Shown one piece after another: positions 1 through 13,986 of a stretch of DNA of 64,000 nucleotides (position 1 is its first letter; each line of letters opens with the position of its first letter). The notes below the pieces were generated by a model. The model ran no database searches. It saw nothing but the letters and a program-made list of their open reading frames with translations, and was not told the DNA's origin. The translations under genes were made by a program, and so were the position numbers. The DNA comes from Sphagnum compactum (Eukaryota), in contig OZ234493.1 in the NCBI GenBank assembly GCA_965153455.1, positions 35,640,213 through 35,704,212 of the forward strand, written 5' to 3'.

Positions 1-83
1 TTGGTCCTCGTTTGTTACACGAGTGAATTCACTCAAAATTCAGTGAAATCATTTGATGTACAAGGACACTTTTTGTTGTAGTG
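1..83. mobile_element. Right half of a third mini-CACTA copy, cut by the window edge
   Basis: AGTGAATTCACTCAAAA..GTGAAATCA..GGACAC..TTTTGTTGTAGTG is colinear with 44540-44621. Confidence 0.7.
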
Positions 84-2594
84 ACTTAAAAGACAATTTT
101 AATCTTCTATGAATTGTCTACTTCTTAGATTTTTGCAATATCTACTTCCTAGTAGAGTTTGCAAGAATCTTACTCACAAGTATTTCAGTTTCGGGTTTTA
201 GCTCAGAATATGCTCTTTGAATATCTGCTGCATAACACTACAAGAGTCCCAAATCACAACATTGAGGGAAACATGAAAGCGAAAGGATTTTGTCATAAAA
301 ATGGGCACTGGATTAGCTGAAAAGGAGAGAAGAACCCCAGAAAAAGAAAAAGATGCAGAGCATGTCATGATCAAGACCATGACAAGAACTTGTATACAAC
401 CAAAGGAGTGCACAAGAGGGATGAAGATTATACCTGATCCTGGAACCTCTATGAGTCATCACAGAAAACCACTTTGTACACAGCTTGGCTGTTTGAGGTC
501 AGTGGCTGTATCAAGCATTTCCAATAGTAACTCCCAAGTTTTCCACATATTCAGCTCAACCATTAAATAGCCACACCCTGCTTGACAAGCCTGAAGAATC
601 AGGAGCATGGGTTGTTGCTTATAGAAACAACCTAACAAACTACAACAATATTTGCTTATATCAGTGCGCCATCAAATGGAAGATTGCTGACACTGACTCT
701 TTGGTTGTTAGATGAGAATTGGTGACATCTGGAGAATTAAAATTGTAATTAAGAAATCCTTGAACTTATGAAATTTAATCTTCTTGAAGATTAAGAATTT
801 CTCAGTTATGATTTTAGTCAACCTCCAACTTATGAAAAATGTAAGGACACATTCTTGTATTTGGGCATGAAACATAATCCTACAAGGATTCTGAAACCAC
901 TACATAGAAGCTTGTGCTCTGCATTGACAAGTTTGAGAGAAGAAACATTATGTGCAATGGTGTTGCTATGGAGTTTCTTATATCTGCATGCCTTCAGCAC
1001 CTCCTTCAACCAACTATACTGTGATCCAGGCACAACTATTAGGAATATTCTTCCACTTTACTGTTTACAACCTAAGAAAGGGCATCAAATCTCATCACTT
1101 TGAAGAAAGAAAAAATTCAGAGCTGCAAATTGCAAAGGGCAGAGTTCCAATATGGCAGGATATCAAGCACAATTCATCAGAATCTCTAACATCAAAGACA
1201 ATAATGTTGGTTGTATCATGTAACAGAAACAAGCTGCAAAGCATCCTAGCAACATTGAGTTTTTTGCCTTCCATAGCTGCTGCAGTGTCAGCAAATCCCT
1301 CCACAGATCCATGGTAATCAGAAATAGAGGTTTCCTTCAAGCTGCACTTCACATAAACACTCCTGTGACAGCTCATGATGGCCTTTCTTCTCTCACCTGC
1401 ATTATAGGTATAATATACCACAATAACAAAAGTAAACCAAACCAGAACAAGGTTTTAACTTCCTCATCATCCCTGCCAAAGATCAAACTCACACTCTGAG
1501 CAGTAGCTTCCAAGTGTCTTCCAAGCTGCTAATAAATTGCCTTCAAACTATTTTATTGTAATGGAAACTCAAACAATGCACAAATTTCCTAATGGAGACA
1601 GACCCAAAAGGCTGAAGGCATTGCAAAGAATTTTACAAGAGTTCATCAGGTTTGAAACACCTGAAATGGCCAAGACTCGGAGAAGAAACAAGCCACTAGG
1701 GCCCTGTTGGTGGGAGGAGGCATGGGACAGTATCAATCGTGCATCACAAAGGGGAAAGTGGCTTCATGATACTTTTATGGACAACCCTCCCCCCTCTTCT
1801 TGAATGCACTTAGATTTGCCCAAGCAGCAAATGGGTGTGCACAAATCCAAAAATAACACCTACATTGATAGTACATTGTGCTTGCTCCTTCGACCAGACT
1901 TCAGTAGAAGGCCTCCTAGTGTGCATGTGACTTCAGCAACATGTATACCACCAGCAAGGTGGTGGTTGAAGTCTTTTCTCCCAATGATGGCAAAGCTAAA
2001 TTACTCAATCCACAGTTGGTTAGGAGGATCATTGTAAGGGAGAGAGGGAGCTAACAATCACTTTTTCTCTTGGCAAAGGTGTCAAAGACATCAGTTGGCT
2101 TGAACAAGTAAAGAGCAACCAAGCTGAGAGCCAAGTCACCAATAAGACTCCCACCACAGCACCTGCCAGAAACTTGCTTTTTTTGGAGCTGGGTGGAATA
2201 TAGTCTGCAACAATGTTCACACCCAGAGCAACAATTCCCTCAAATCGCCGAAGTCAAGAAATCTTCCTTTCCAGTGCATCAGGATGGCAGACATGCTCCA
2301 ATTCCCTGAAACCAGCACATAGGCACTACAAATACCCAAAAATTGGAAGAAAGCATAAGCACAGATAAGCATTGTACCAAGCATTTTACTCATAATATAA
2401 AAGGACCAAAATAGGCCCTTGGCTTAGTCAAGAGGCAGGTTGCCTTTGTTCATAAGATGAGAGCACGTGAACTGAAAAGGTGAAATGCAAGTGACATTTG
2501 ATTGGATTCTGGCAGGTAAGAGATCCTACAGGCACATGGTATGAGATTTTGAAACTCCTTTATATCAGCCACTACAATGATTCACTTGGGTGAG

Positions 2595-3240
2595 AAGGGA
2601 AGGAAGGTCAAGGGTTGGGTGACATGGGTTTAAGGGTTTTAGGAAGACGAAAGGAACAACATCAAGGATTGGCTGGCATTGATTTAGGGTTTAGGGCTTT
2701 AGGAAGAGAAAGGAAAGAAGGTCTAGGGTTGGGTGGCATGGGTTTAGGGTTTTTAGGAAGACAAAGGAAATAAGATCCAGGGTTGGGTGGCATGGATTTA
2801 GGGTTTAGGGTTTTAGGAAGACAAAGGAAAGAAGGTCTAAGGTTTGGTGACATGGGTTTAGGGTTTTAAGAAGACAAAGGAAACAAGGTTTAGGGTTGGG
2901 TGGCATGGGTTTAGGGGTTTTCAGAAAACAAAGGAAATAAGGTCTAGGGTTGGGTGGCATGGGTTTAGGGTTTTAGGAAGAGAAAGGAAAGAAGGTCTAG
3001 GATTGGGTGACATGGGTTTAGGGTTTTAGGAAGACAAAGGTAAGAAGGTCTAGGGTTGGGTGGCATGGGTTTACGGTTTTTCGGAAGATGAAGGAAATAA
3101 GATCTAGGGTTGGGTGGCATGAGTTTAGGGTTGGGTGAAATGGGTTTAGGGTTTTAGGAAGACCAAGGAAAAAAGGTATAAGGTTTGGTGACTTGTTATT
3201 ATCATTTAGGGCCTTAGGAAGATGAGGGAAAGAAGGTCTG
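2595..3240 (+). repeat. 53-60-bp G-rich minisatellite containing plant telomere motifs (~11 copies)
   Basis: Consensus GGAAGACAAAGGAAAGAAGGTCTAGGGTTGGGTGGCATGGGTTTAGGGTTTTA. Unit starts are near 2702, 2756, 2816, 2869, 2976, 3029 and 3083; longer units carry an extra TTTAGGG. Confidence 0.9.
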
Positions 3241-4373
3241 GCGTTGCAAGAGGCAACATAGGAACTAATTCTCACCCAACTGAATAACTAATTATTGTTT
3301 GTCATCATTTCTTCATGGATGATAATTAGATAGAATCAAACACGTTTGAGATGAAGCGCACTCACACCTTACCCCAAGTTTGAGAACTGGCTTAGATGAA
3401 TGAAGGTTGATGAATGTTTCATTGAAGTAGTTAACAAACTTCTATCCTTACACAATTTCCTCATCCATTTTGGAATATGATATAATAACAAACTAGCATG
3501 CCCTAACTGTGAATTGCACCCACAAGCTGTTGTTGCATGAGTGCCAACCATTTGCAATTTTGTTTTGATGGTAATTGATTTGATGTGCTTTGATCAAGAT
3601 GACTATGTGGATTGAAATTCATTCCTTAAAGGGTTTCATCCACTGAGTACACACCTTTTTCCCTTCCCTACTATGTCCAAATCTCAATGTGAAATCGGAT
3701 CTGATGAGTTTTATAATAGGTATTCATACCTCATCTTCTTTCTTCAGAAATCAGAAGAACTCTGGTGTGAGCTACCTATAGAACTAGTATAATTACTCTC
3801 GAACCTTGTAGGTACCTCAACCCATAACCAATTTTTCACAAACCTTTTCTTTTCTGGACTACTAAAATCACCAAACAAAAAGAAGAAGCTAGCTAAGCTA
3901 CAAGAACCAACAGCTCATACATTACAAGTAAAATTTTGTTTTTGTCTGGAGTGCTGTCAAGAAGTCAAGAGGAAATGGGTGGCCTTTTAAATGTTCCATG
4001 TGACCTTGCAAAGTCATTGTTGACAAAAGAGTTGAAGGGTTCTTCATCTTCTTCTCCTTCTTACAGGTAATGGGATTTGCCATCATTGCCTGCCTGACTC
4101 CCTACCTTATGACCTGCCCTAAAGCAAACTTCAAAGTCTTCAGCATTCATACACACCTGGGCCCCATCATCCCCTTGTGATATGTGTGTAGAAAGGCTGT
4201 GTGTCATGCCCCACTGGAATTTCAAAGAAATCTAATAAAAAAGTGAGGAAAACACAGCACCAGAGTTTGGTCATACACGGGTTGGAAATTCAAAAAAAAA
4301 AAAACACCTGGAAAAAAGTACATCAGCATTCAAGGGGGTTGAAACTCAGCAAACCATCAATTTTGGTAGTAAA

Positions 4374-4531
4374 CTGAGTTTCACTATTCATCCTGTCTTT
4401 CCTTTTTCCTGAGCGCCTCCATTGCTTGCTGCTAGATACATTTTGACTGCTCCTACTACCTATATAACTATTATAATTTACTCTCGAACCTTTTGCATTA
4501 AGTGTTGAGTTTCAGCATTTCATACTGAGAT
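4374..4531 (+). repeat. Dispersed ~160-bp repeat; second copy at 58835-59000
   Basis: Shared blocks CTGAGTTTCAC, TTTTTCCTGAGCGCCTCCA, ACTGCTCCTAC, TATAATT..CTCTCGAACCTT and AGTTTCAGCATTTCATACTGAGAT. A partial copy lies at ~3775-3810. Confidence 0.8.
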
Positions 4532-5269
4532 GTAATAAAATTTTCTTACTTTGCATATACCACTGAAAGGAGGGGATAGATCATTAGGGGTGAAAGGAGG
4601 CCCAAAGACAGGATGGACTACAACTAACTCTAATTAGGTACCCAGCAAAGGATCAAGATGGCATTTCACTTTTCAAAATGGCTCACCCCTTTGCTGAGGG
4701 GAAATTCCCGGGGATGAGGTGCCTTCCAAATACACTAGAAATTTTATTCGGGTGCTTTACATTATTTAATAACACTAACTAGTGTGGCATGTGCAGTTAA
4801 GGTACACATAATTGTAAGGCAAGTTTTTTTTTAAGTGTACCATGGTAAGGGGTAGTTTCAACACTTGTATGCCAAATAATTAATTGATCAATTTTGAAGA
4901 TTTCATGTTAAAAATATAATATTATATATATCCTGAAAGATTCTTCATTTTCCTGACAAAACTTTGTTCTTCAACAAATTATTAAAATATTCAACATTTT
5001 CACAAGTAATATAATTAGTGTCAAAGCTACCAAGATGGTACAAGATATGTTTGTGTGAATCCAATTTCCCTCAAAAACTGATTTTTTTATTTTTGTTGAG
5101 TTTGCAAGGACAAAATTGGCTCCAAACTCAATCACTCCTACAGCACCACACAATAGGACTGAATATTAAAAAACCACCTTGATGCAACCCATGTTCATCA
5201 AAGGCTTTCCAATGGTACCAAAAGTGCACTCCTTTCCTTACAAATCCCAATGATGAAAGTAACAACAAA

Positions 5270-5300
<31 letters not shown>

Positions 5301-8300
5301 GGGGATTTTTCAAAATCTATCGTATGGTTGTCTCTAGACAATTCTAAAGACAATTTGTATTTAACTCATTTTCAAGCCTAACTACCTCACTCTTTTTTCT
5401 TGCCCACCAACATGGATATGAAAAGGCAAATTAAGATGTGTCTTTTTGTGTCTATGGTATTTATGTTAATTCAAATTAAATTAAATTTGAAATTGACATA
5501 TATAATGATGAACTATTGAAAAAATATAGAAATATAAAAAAAGGGAAAAAAATAGTTGATCATCATTTGATGCAAAGCAATGCGAAGCCCAATTTCAAAT
5601 TCTATTGATTTATAGTGATGCAAATGTTCAAAATTCAATAACTCTTACACTGCAAATATAAACATGACAATCAATTCCTTGCACCGTTATTCATCATTTA
5701 GGCTTTCAAAGTGGTACCACAAATATAATTAAAGGCATTGTGGTTTGGGAGAACTCAACTTGACATTTCAAAACAAACAAACTACCTTTCATAAATAGTA
5801 GGATTCACAATGAATCCATCATGTGAAATATATCACCAAATATGACATGTTGATTAAGGTGCAAAATTGTCACTTTGGTTTCAATAATACCTAGAGCAAT
5901 TGCACACATAACGTTTGCCAACAATTTCTTACAAACACCAACTTATGTCAATCTCAAACCAATAGCCAATAGATGTGTTCAAAGATTGTAGATCAATTTT
6001 GATCACTTATCATAATTTGAATTTTAAGAGGTTTGGTGAAGACATGAAATATTTACATAAACATAAATTTTAGTTTGTGCTTAATCATATACATCTATGA
6101 AAGTGCTAAGGTATTACCATCTAATGCAAGGATTGTTATTCTCATGCCCATTTGGACATCAAAGTTTTGTTGATGTACCAAGCTTTATTGTAAAAAAAAT
6201 AACACTTTAAAAAAGAATTGGAAACTTTCAAAAGGAGAAGACCTAAATCAAAGTTCATATTGTTACAAGTCAAATGTTGAAGACTAGAAATGGACAATGG
6301 AGATCCTAACTCAACTACCAATTACTTGTAACAAGTTTGCAATGGGAATGGAAGGTGGGTCTGAAGTTCACAAATGTTTAAATTGACTATCATTGTTCAA
6401 CTTAAAATGAAAGATGCTTGCATTCTTTGAAAAGTAATGGAAACTCATTTATGTTAAAGGAAAGTGACCAAGAAAAAAATGTGGGCAACATTGTGGTCTT
6501 TTTACACCTTCAGTTGCATTGTCATAATCATGTAGAAACCATATATTTATTTCTAAACATCCAAAGAAAGAATGGATTTGTTGGGTGCCACTCATAATAA
6601 CTATATTCTTTTACCCATGCCATCTATGAAGCAATGAATTTTCATGTAGAACTTAATTCCCAAAAGGGAAACTCTTCGTTGGATTTATAAATACATAAGT
6701 AAAATCATAGGTTGTTGGGTAAATTTTATTAGTTAGTTCTATAACATGGTTATGTTTATTTTGAAAAGAAAATTTTAATTAATTTAGGGTGTGTGTTAAT
6801 CTCATATATTAAAAGAATAGAAAAAAATATTTATTAAAAAATGTAATTATTTGTTGTTAACAGGTTCAACTATTGATTAATAGGTGAACTAACTTTATTT
6901 ACATGAAAATATGGATTGTGACAAGTGCAAACATGATTTATCTTTATAATATATTTGTCATCTGTCTGTTGGTTTTATTTTCTTTTATAAAATGGAGTGG
7001 TTGATTGCTGAAAACATTTTATTTGTATGTTACTTGTTTAGTGGCAACTATAATTTATCCATATAAGAGATTAAATGGTTGTATTCATGTCAACGAATAC
7101 ATTTTTACATTCTAATCCAAACATACATGTGTAAAATGCATCACTTCTGGATTCTTGCCCTTTTTCATTGCTTCAAATATCACATACCCATAGCAATAAG
7201 GGCATAAAAATTATATGTGTTAAACTATATGTATTCTATAGTTATTTGGGTGGAACTTTGCCCATACATGCAAATATATTTATCTTGAAAGATACAATGT
7301 TGTGCTTGCACACACAAATTCATACACACACACACACACACATACATATAAACGCACCACACAAACATGCAAAAATATTTCCTTTGTTTACTATTCCCAA
7401 AATAATGTCATGAAATATTTTCATATTATATATATTGTGTAGAGAAATACATCAATTTCCATGGCCTTCAAAGTTCTAATATTGCATGGCTACACTATTT
7501 TCCACTACCCCTTATCTTTCCCTTGCTCTCCTTTTTTTTCTTATTTTTCACCTTTCAACTGTCTCTCATTCATCATGTTTTCTTTTTCCACCCCTAAAAA
7601 GCTTCCCTCCATAGCCTTCTTAAAACTCCTTTATCCTTGCACCGATATGCCCTTTATCAATTCTAAGAAATAGTTATAACTACCTAATCATCATGTCAAC
7701 ACAATCATACTACAAGTTATATTGACTCATTAAATTGTCATGACAAGTTTAACATATAATATTACTATCTCTTGGCCATTCCTAGGGATTTCATGGGCTC
7801 TTCTTTACATGAATATTACTTTACAGTTATGCCATAGGCATTATTTCCCTAGCAATTCCTTTCATTACATCTTTCAAACCTTTGAAAAATGAAGGTTGTG
7901 TTGTGTTCCTTCTATTTATCAAATATTAAAACTAAAAATTTAAATAAATATAGGTTATCAAAATTTGATGCAAAAAATAAATTATGTTAGTTTAAATGTA
8001 TGCATATTAATAAGTTAGGTAATAATAAGTTGAAAAAAAATCTTTCACTTAATACCCAAACAATGAATTGTTTGATGCAAATAATACATAAAATTCTAAA
8101 TGTCCCCCCATATCACACCTCCCTATGTTAAAAAACACACAAAATTGGGCCTTTTGTTGTTTCATTTTCATCGAGTTAATTTTGTTTCAACTTCTTGATT
8201 TTGCTTAATTGGAAGAGACTACCTTCATCTTGAAAATGAAATTTAATATTTGAGGGGTTTCAAAAAATTTGTCAATTTTTCTTTTGTTATGATGAGCCAA

Positions 8301-10429
8301 TGAAAATGGTTTATTGTGAAAAAATTTGAACTTTGGGATGTATCCCCCAAATATTTAATAAGCTAGAACCCCATCCTTAAGTTGGAAATATAAGGTTTAT
8401 AAGTTCCCTAAACCCATCAAACTCAAAATTGTTATTCAAGAAAATTTGACCAAGACCCCAAACTAGAAAGTTTTGATTCTTTATAATATTAATTGGACCC
8501 AAAACTAAAGGGTCTTCCATTTTAGAAAAAACTTAGACGCAAACCAAATGAATGTTTCAAAAATCTAAAAATCTAAGTTTTAATTACTGATTTTAAATTT
8601 GATGTCATCCAATTTTGCAAAATTATAGAAGTGTGCACCATTCTTTTAGTAAAGATAGTGTCAATTTCAAAGCAAGTTGGTACCATTTGTAAAACCTCTA
8701 CTAATATTTCAAAAGTCATTCATCATCCAAAATTAATTAGGGTGATACCTTTATAGAAGTGGTATAGTCATCTTTATTGGTTGATAATGCCAACTAAATT
8801 AGTAATTTGCATGTTTACAAAACTTTGAACATTCATAACTTCTTTAAACAAAGTTCCAATTGATTGTTTTAAGAATCTATCTTATAACCTTTTGAAATAA
8901 CTTTCCAAAGTTGTATTACTTGTTCAAATTGGAGTTTTTTTAAACTTTTGAAATCATCATGAAAATGAAATTTGGTAGTCAAATTGATAACGTTCAATAG
9001 GTTATTCATAGACATTTTGGTACTCAATTTGGTAAAGTTCAATAAATAGTTCATAGATAGTTTGATAATTAATTTACTAAATAATTCCATAATTTTTAAA
9101 AATGATTTGTAACTTCTTCTAACAAACTCCAAAGTAAATGTTTTAAGTGTTTGTTTTGTAGCCCTTGGAAAAAATTGTCCAATGACATATTAATTGCTTC
9201 AATCGAAGTTCATATACCTTCTAAAATCATAAAACAATTTTTTAAAAACAATTTTGGTAACTCCTAATAGTTTCAAATTCCTTTTAATAGGTAATTTCAA
9301 TAGCTTAAACTTACTTTTGGTAAGTATTTTTTGTAGCTTAAATTAAATTTATTTTTGCCACCGAGTTTTTGCAAGTATTTTCTATATAAACTAATATTTC
9401 AAAATTGACCCTTTGACATTAAACCAAAACGACATGTTGTGACTTTTTTTCATTCTTTTTTATTTTGTTGGGCCACATAGTGAACATTAGTGGATCTACT
9501 TTTATGGAATCTTTTTTTTGTCGTGGCATTTGTCCAAAGGCTTTAAAAAGATTCATAAAATATCATTTTATAACATGTAATAATATAAAATATCATTAAT
9601 AATCAACCATTGGTATGTAGGGTGACAACTCATTAAGGTAAAACAATTTTAGACACATGTGCAAGTCCATGATTGCGCAAATTGACATTGTGTAGATAGT
9701 GCGGAGGTAAAATACCTTGAATCACATTAGCCATATGGTAGGTGTTTTTAGATACCCATCATTAGGATTTTGGTGACCTTAGTTTAACTTATGAAAATAT
9801 TATAATATTTAAAGTTATGTGAACATCTAAATTATTAATTTAATGAATGTAGTATTTTTGAAAAAAATCATATTTTAATGCACATCTTAATATTTGATCA
9901 TCAATATTTTTTCAAATTGTCTTAATATAAATGTCACTACACCATATCAACATTGAATCCTTTAATTGTTAACGATTCTTGTATGGAAGTGCATTGAGTC
10001 CATATTCATTTATTATGTACTGTTACATGTTATTTGGTAATGCTTTGAAAGTCCAATATGTTCTGATGATTCAAAATTTGTTCACGAAATGTGGGTACAT
10101 CATATAAAATATTATTCTATTGAATATTTTTTCATTTGAACCACTTTTATGTATCTCCATGACCACGTACAAATTATTACATCTTGCAAAATTTGTAGTG
10201 TTACACCATTTTATGGACTATTTAATGTGCTTTCATGCTTTTATATTTTATTATAGTAATAACTTGATAATTAATTAATTAAAAATCTAAAAATCTTTTA
10301 GTTGTTATGTGTAATAAAATTATAAAAATGATGTCCTTTTTAGTACACTTTAACTTGAAGACACCCAAATAAAAAAAGTGAAAATTGTTACAATTTGTTC
10401 TCCTAATAGAAATTGTGCTTTCTATTTGG

Positions 10430-10520
10430 TTCATAGCCAGATTTGGCTAAATCTTCCTAGAGACAATTGCCACTTTTTCTGCAACTTCCCAAGGATGATC
10501 ACCACTTTGACTACATTAAA
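10430..10520 (+). repeat. Member of a dispersed short repeat family (core TAGCCA(A/G)ATTTGGCT..GAT(G/C)ATC(G/A)CCA)
   Basis: Related cores at ~32685-32750 and ~37415-37455 (plus strand) and at ~13320-13400 and ~58135-58200 (minus strand). Confidence 0.55.
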
Positions 10521-11055
10521 AAATTCCTCAAAAAAAAACACTTCTAACTTGATAATCAGGGTTTTCTATTCAATCTGTACCAACATGTCAGTTAAAATAC
10601 ACAAATAATCTGAATTTGCAACCCAAAGATCAATAGTAGTTGCTTTGTCAAAAATCCGATTATTGATAACTAAACTGTCCACCCCATGAATAAATACAAC
10701 AATAAATTGATCTTTTCCCACCAATATCAACCACTCTTTTGTTGTGCAAAATGCTCCATGAAATTCTATAATAACTAGTTACCACAACATTTTGAATTTA
10801 GAAGAAACAAAGCATGTAAAACCCCTTCCCCTCCATAGGGGCCAGAGTGAGCTAACACCCATGTTAATACCTTCACCTTTTTTGAGCGAGGTGTTGTAAT
10901 AGTGCCCATATTAAGCCCAAAAAATGTTAGATTTGAACTGAGAGACCCTGATTTAATATTCACATGAGATATTTGTAAAACATTAATAATAATTTAAATG
11001 AATTTTGAGGATTTTATCACAGCACCGAAGTGGGTGCTGGTTGACACAAGGTCCC

Positions 11056-11186
11056 TCTTATGTGTTATGATCTACATATGTTAATAAAGTCCTTCTTTAT
11101 GTATTATGATCTACATGTGTTAACAAAGCCCATCTTTATGTATTATGATCTACAGGTGTTAACAAAACCCTTTCTACATGTCATGA
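11056..11186. repeat. 39-bp tandem repeat (~3.5 copies)
   Basis: TGATCTACA recurs at 11068, 11107 and 11146, with a degenerate copy at 11184. Confidence 0.8.
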
Positions 11187-11460
11187 TTTATATTCTATAC
11201 AGTAAAGGACGTCTTGGTCGCGAAGCTTCGGGATGAAATGAAGCTTTCCATCCAGACGTCAGGATGAAATGAAACTTTCCATCCAGATGTCGAGATGAAA
11301 TGAAACTTTTCATCCATTCATCTTGTCATCCATCCAAACAGAACACATATGTATTTTGAAAAGGGAAAAAACTAGAAAAAAAAAAAAAACAAAAAAACAT
11401 TTTAACAATTAGAAATAACACACCCGTGCATTAGGCAAAGCCCCTCCCACGGGTAGTGAT
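11187..11460 (+). mobile_element. Possible Helitron-like insertion interrupting a 39-bp tandem repeat
   Basis: Contains three GGATGAAATGAARCTTT..CATCCA repeats and a subterminal hairpin ACCCGTG..CACGGGT (~11422-11454). It appears to split a TGA|TCTACATATG unit of the adjacent repeat. No canonical 3' CTAG is visible. Confidence 0.35.
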
Positions 11461-13598
11461 CTACATATGTCAATGTTTACGATACCATTCCCTTATGCTT
11501 TGTGATGGGTAAAGCCCATGAGTGAGGGACATTCTCAAAATGTGAAGCCAATTGATCTGATCAGATTGACCCCAACCTCCTCGTCCTAGGCTCATTATTT
11601 TGAGGATCCCTTCCTTCCACCCTGGAGGTTGTGCACTACACTTTAGCATGGTACCACTAGTGAGTGAGGGACTGGGGAGGAGAGGAAGAAAAATCCTGGA
11701 AAAAACTTGGAATGTCCTTTGTACATAGGTTAGGTCATTAATTGCCATACGCCACCAACACCCACGACGTGGGTGTGACCCTTGGGCTAATTCCTTTAAT
11801 AACCAGTCAGACAATTAAAGGGCCCTTCTCTATTGGGACGCACAATATGCAGCTTTCAACTTTTGAACACCTATCTATGCAATGCATAAACTGCCATCAC
11901 TACTTAAAAATTGATGGCAATTGTGCATAATATTTATACATGCATACATGGGTTTGCAATTAATTTTATGAAAACCTTCCTTCAATTGAATGGAAGGGTT
12001 GAAAAGCTTGAATGTAGGTAGGTGGCAGTGGGCATTGAAACTTGGAAACTGGCCCTTTGAAGCTTTTGGGTTTTTCTGTAACTTTGCTTGTTTAAACAAA
12101 AAAAACAAAACCCAATTAAAAAACCTAAGTCAATAGCTGCTAGCTCCTGACAGCTTTTTGACAGTCCCCATTTGTGTTTTGTTTTAATATATCTTCACCA
12201 ACCCAATTGGCGCCTTATCATACCATTAGAACCCATCTGACAATTTGTAAGTGGAAACATTATGAACTAAAATCCAAAGTAGTAATGGAAATTAGTCATG
12301 CCCCTTGAATGACCAGCTGTATCATGTATGTAGTGTGGAGTGGCCTAGGATACACACAAGTATAAGCTACTAGTCCATTTGTTGCAGCTGCTGCTTTCTC
12401 AGTTATGGTTATTATTATTGTGAGTTTTGTGGTGGTTGTTTCATTGCAGCTGCGGTATGAGCAATATTGCATTGCGCAACTAGCTGCAGGTTAAGCACAC
12501 TATTATTTTGATGACTTTACTCACCGCGTCTAGCTAGCTAGTATTGCCAGGGTTCTGATACATTAGTACTGACCAAGAATGATTCTAAATCTTAGGAGTG
12601 AGTGTATGTGGAAATTTGGACTTACCCGAACTAAAATTAGTAGCTAATCAGAGTATTACCTGTTGTTCTGTGGAAGATGCCTCAGTTTTGAGAAGCGTAA
12701 AGCACTGGCCTGGGTTTTTAACACTAGCAAGTGAGTGGGTGTTATACAGCTAATTTCCATCCTGGGAGCGAGCTCCCAGGGAGGGAGTTTCGGTAAATCA
12801 TCAGGGCATTTCGTGAATTTCTCAAGGGGTCCATGGGTTCTCTCTCATCAGTCAGTTTTATAAAGCTTGCTTCACATCGGGTAGCTCCTGAGGAGCAAGG
12901 AGTGCCTGAAATAACTGCTGCCCTTGGCACTTTCTTGATGGGAGTGGTTATTTCAGGAACTCCCTTGATGGCAGCTCCTTGGGAGTTACCCTAAACCTTC
13001 TTCTGCCTAGGGGTCTGCTTTGCTCTCAAATGAATCACATCTGTCCATTCCCATAAAGCAAAATTTTGGGGCTCTTTATGCCTGCTTGTAAAGACTAAAG
13101 ACCTTGAAGGGGGGCTGTTCTGGGAATCAATTGGGTCCCACAAGAGACCTCATATGGGGGCTATTCTCAGAATTTGGGGCTCAGGAGCCCCAGACATGGG
13201 CTGTTCTTGGGATTTGGGTCTTGCCTTGTGTGTGACCTTAATTCCCAGAACACTAGCCCCCTTTGAAGTGAATTTTTAAGGAATTTTTTGTAATGTGGCC
13301 TAACTGGCTTCCATTTATAGGAAGAACTTAAAAGAAATGGCGATCATCTCTAGGAAGATTTACCCACACCTGACTATAAATCAGATATGAAATACAAATA
13401 TGTAATCAGCTTTTGAATATTTATGGCTATACACTAAAAACCAAATGCAGAAATCTGACAATTTTTACCTTTTTTTTTTAATCCCCCTCACTTCTGCTGA
13501 TGAATTGAAACCCTCCAAAATCAATTCATTTTCAAATTTTTGATTTTTAGTTTCACGTTTTGGCGAAAAGGATGCGGGCACTTCTGGGTCCTCTACCC

Positions 13599-13986
13599 GG
13601 CCACAATGAACCAGCACCCACCAGTGCACCATCCACTGGATGCCCAGTTACTTAGTTGTGGACGAACCCCAACTGAGTTAGTATTTGGTTTCACCTTGGT
13701 AATAAAAATTCTGTAGGAAATAGGTCTCATGCATAGGTAGGTAGGTTTGAAAAATAGGTAGCTACTAGGTAAGTAGATGGTTTATTATACATATGTAAGG
13801 GCCAATTGTACTACCTACCTACTAACAACCCACTTTTAGGTTGTTAGTAGGTAGGTAGAAAAAAAAAAGAAAAAAGCAACTGAGCTAACCACCATGGTTA
13901 GCAAGGGAACTGAACAGAAAACTGTTTCCTGACCACTTACCATTCATCCTTCATGGTGCACTGGTGGGTGCTGGTTCAAGGTGGCC
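13599..13986. mobile_element. Mutator-like MITE upstream of extensin-like gene 1
   Basis: ~34-bp TIRs GGCCAC(AA/CT)TGAACCAGCACCCACCAGTGCACCAT at 13599-13632 and 13953-13986. 9-bp near-TSD CCTCTACCC (13590-13598) / CCTCTCCCC (13987-13995). Internal perfect 20-bp palindrome at 13811-13830/13839-13858. Confidence 0.75.

Noticed and set aside
2595-3240. CRISPR-like array
   Set aside because: Units are wholly repeated with no unique spacers, the context is eukaryotic, and there are no cas genes.
2662-3275. Pro-rich minus-strand ORFs (PKTLNP repeats)
   Set aside because: Translations of the minisatellite; unit lengths are not consistently multiples of three.
11501-11843. Solo LTR (TGTG...CACA), partly similar to ~18658-18710
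   Set aside because: No target-site duplication, PBS or PPT could be identified.
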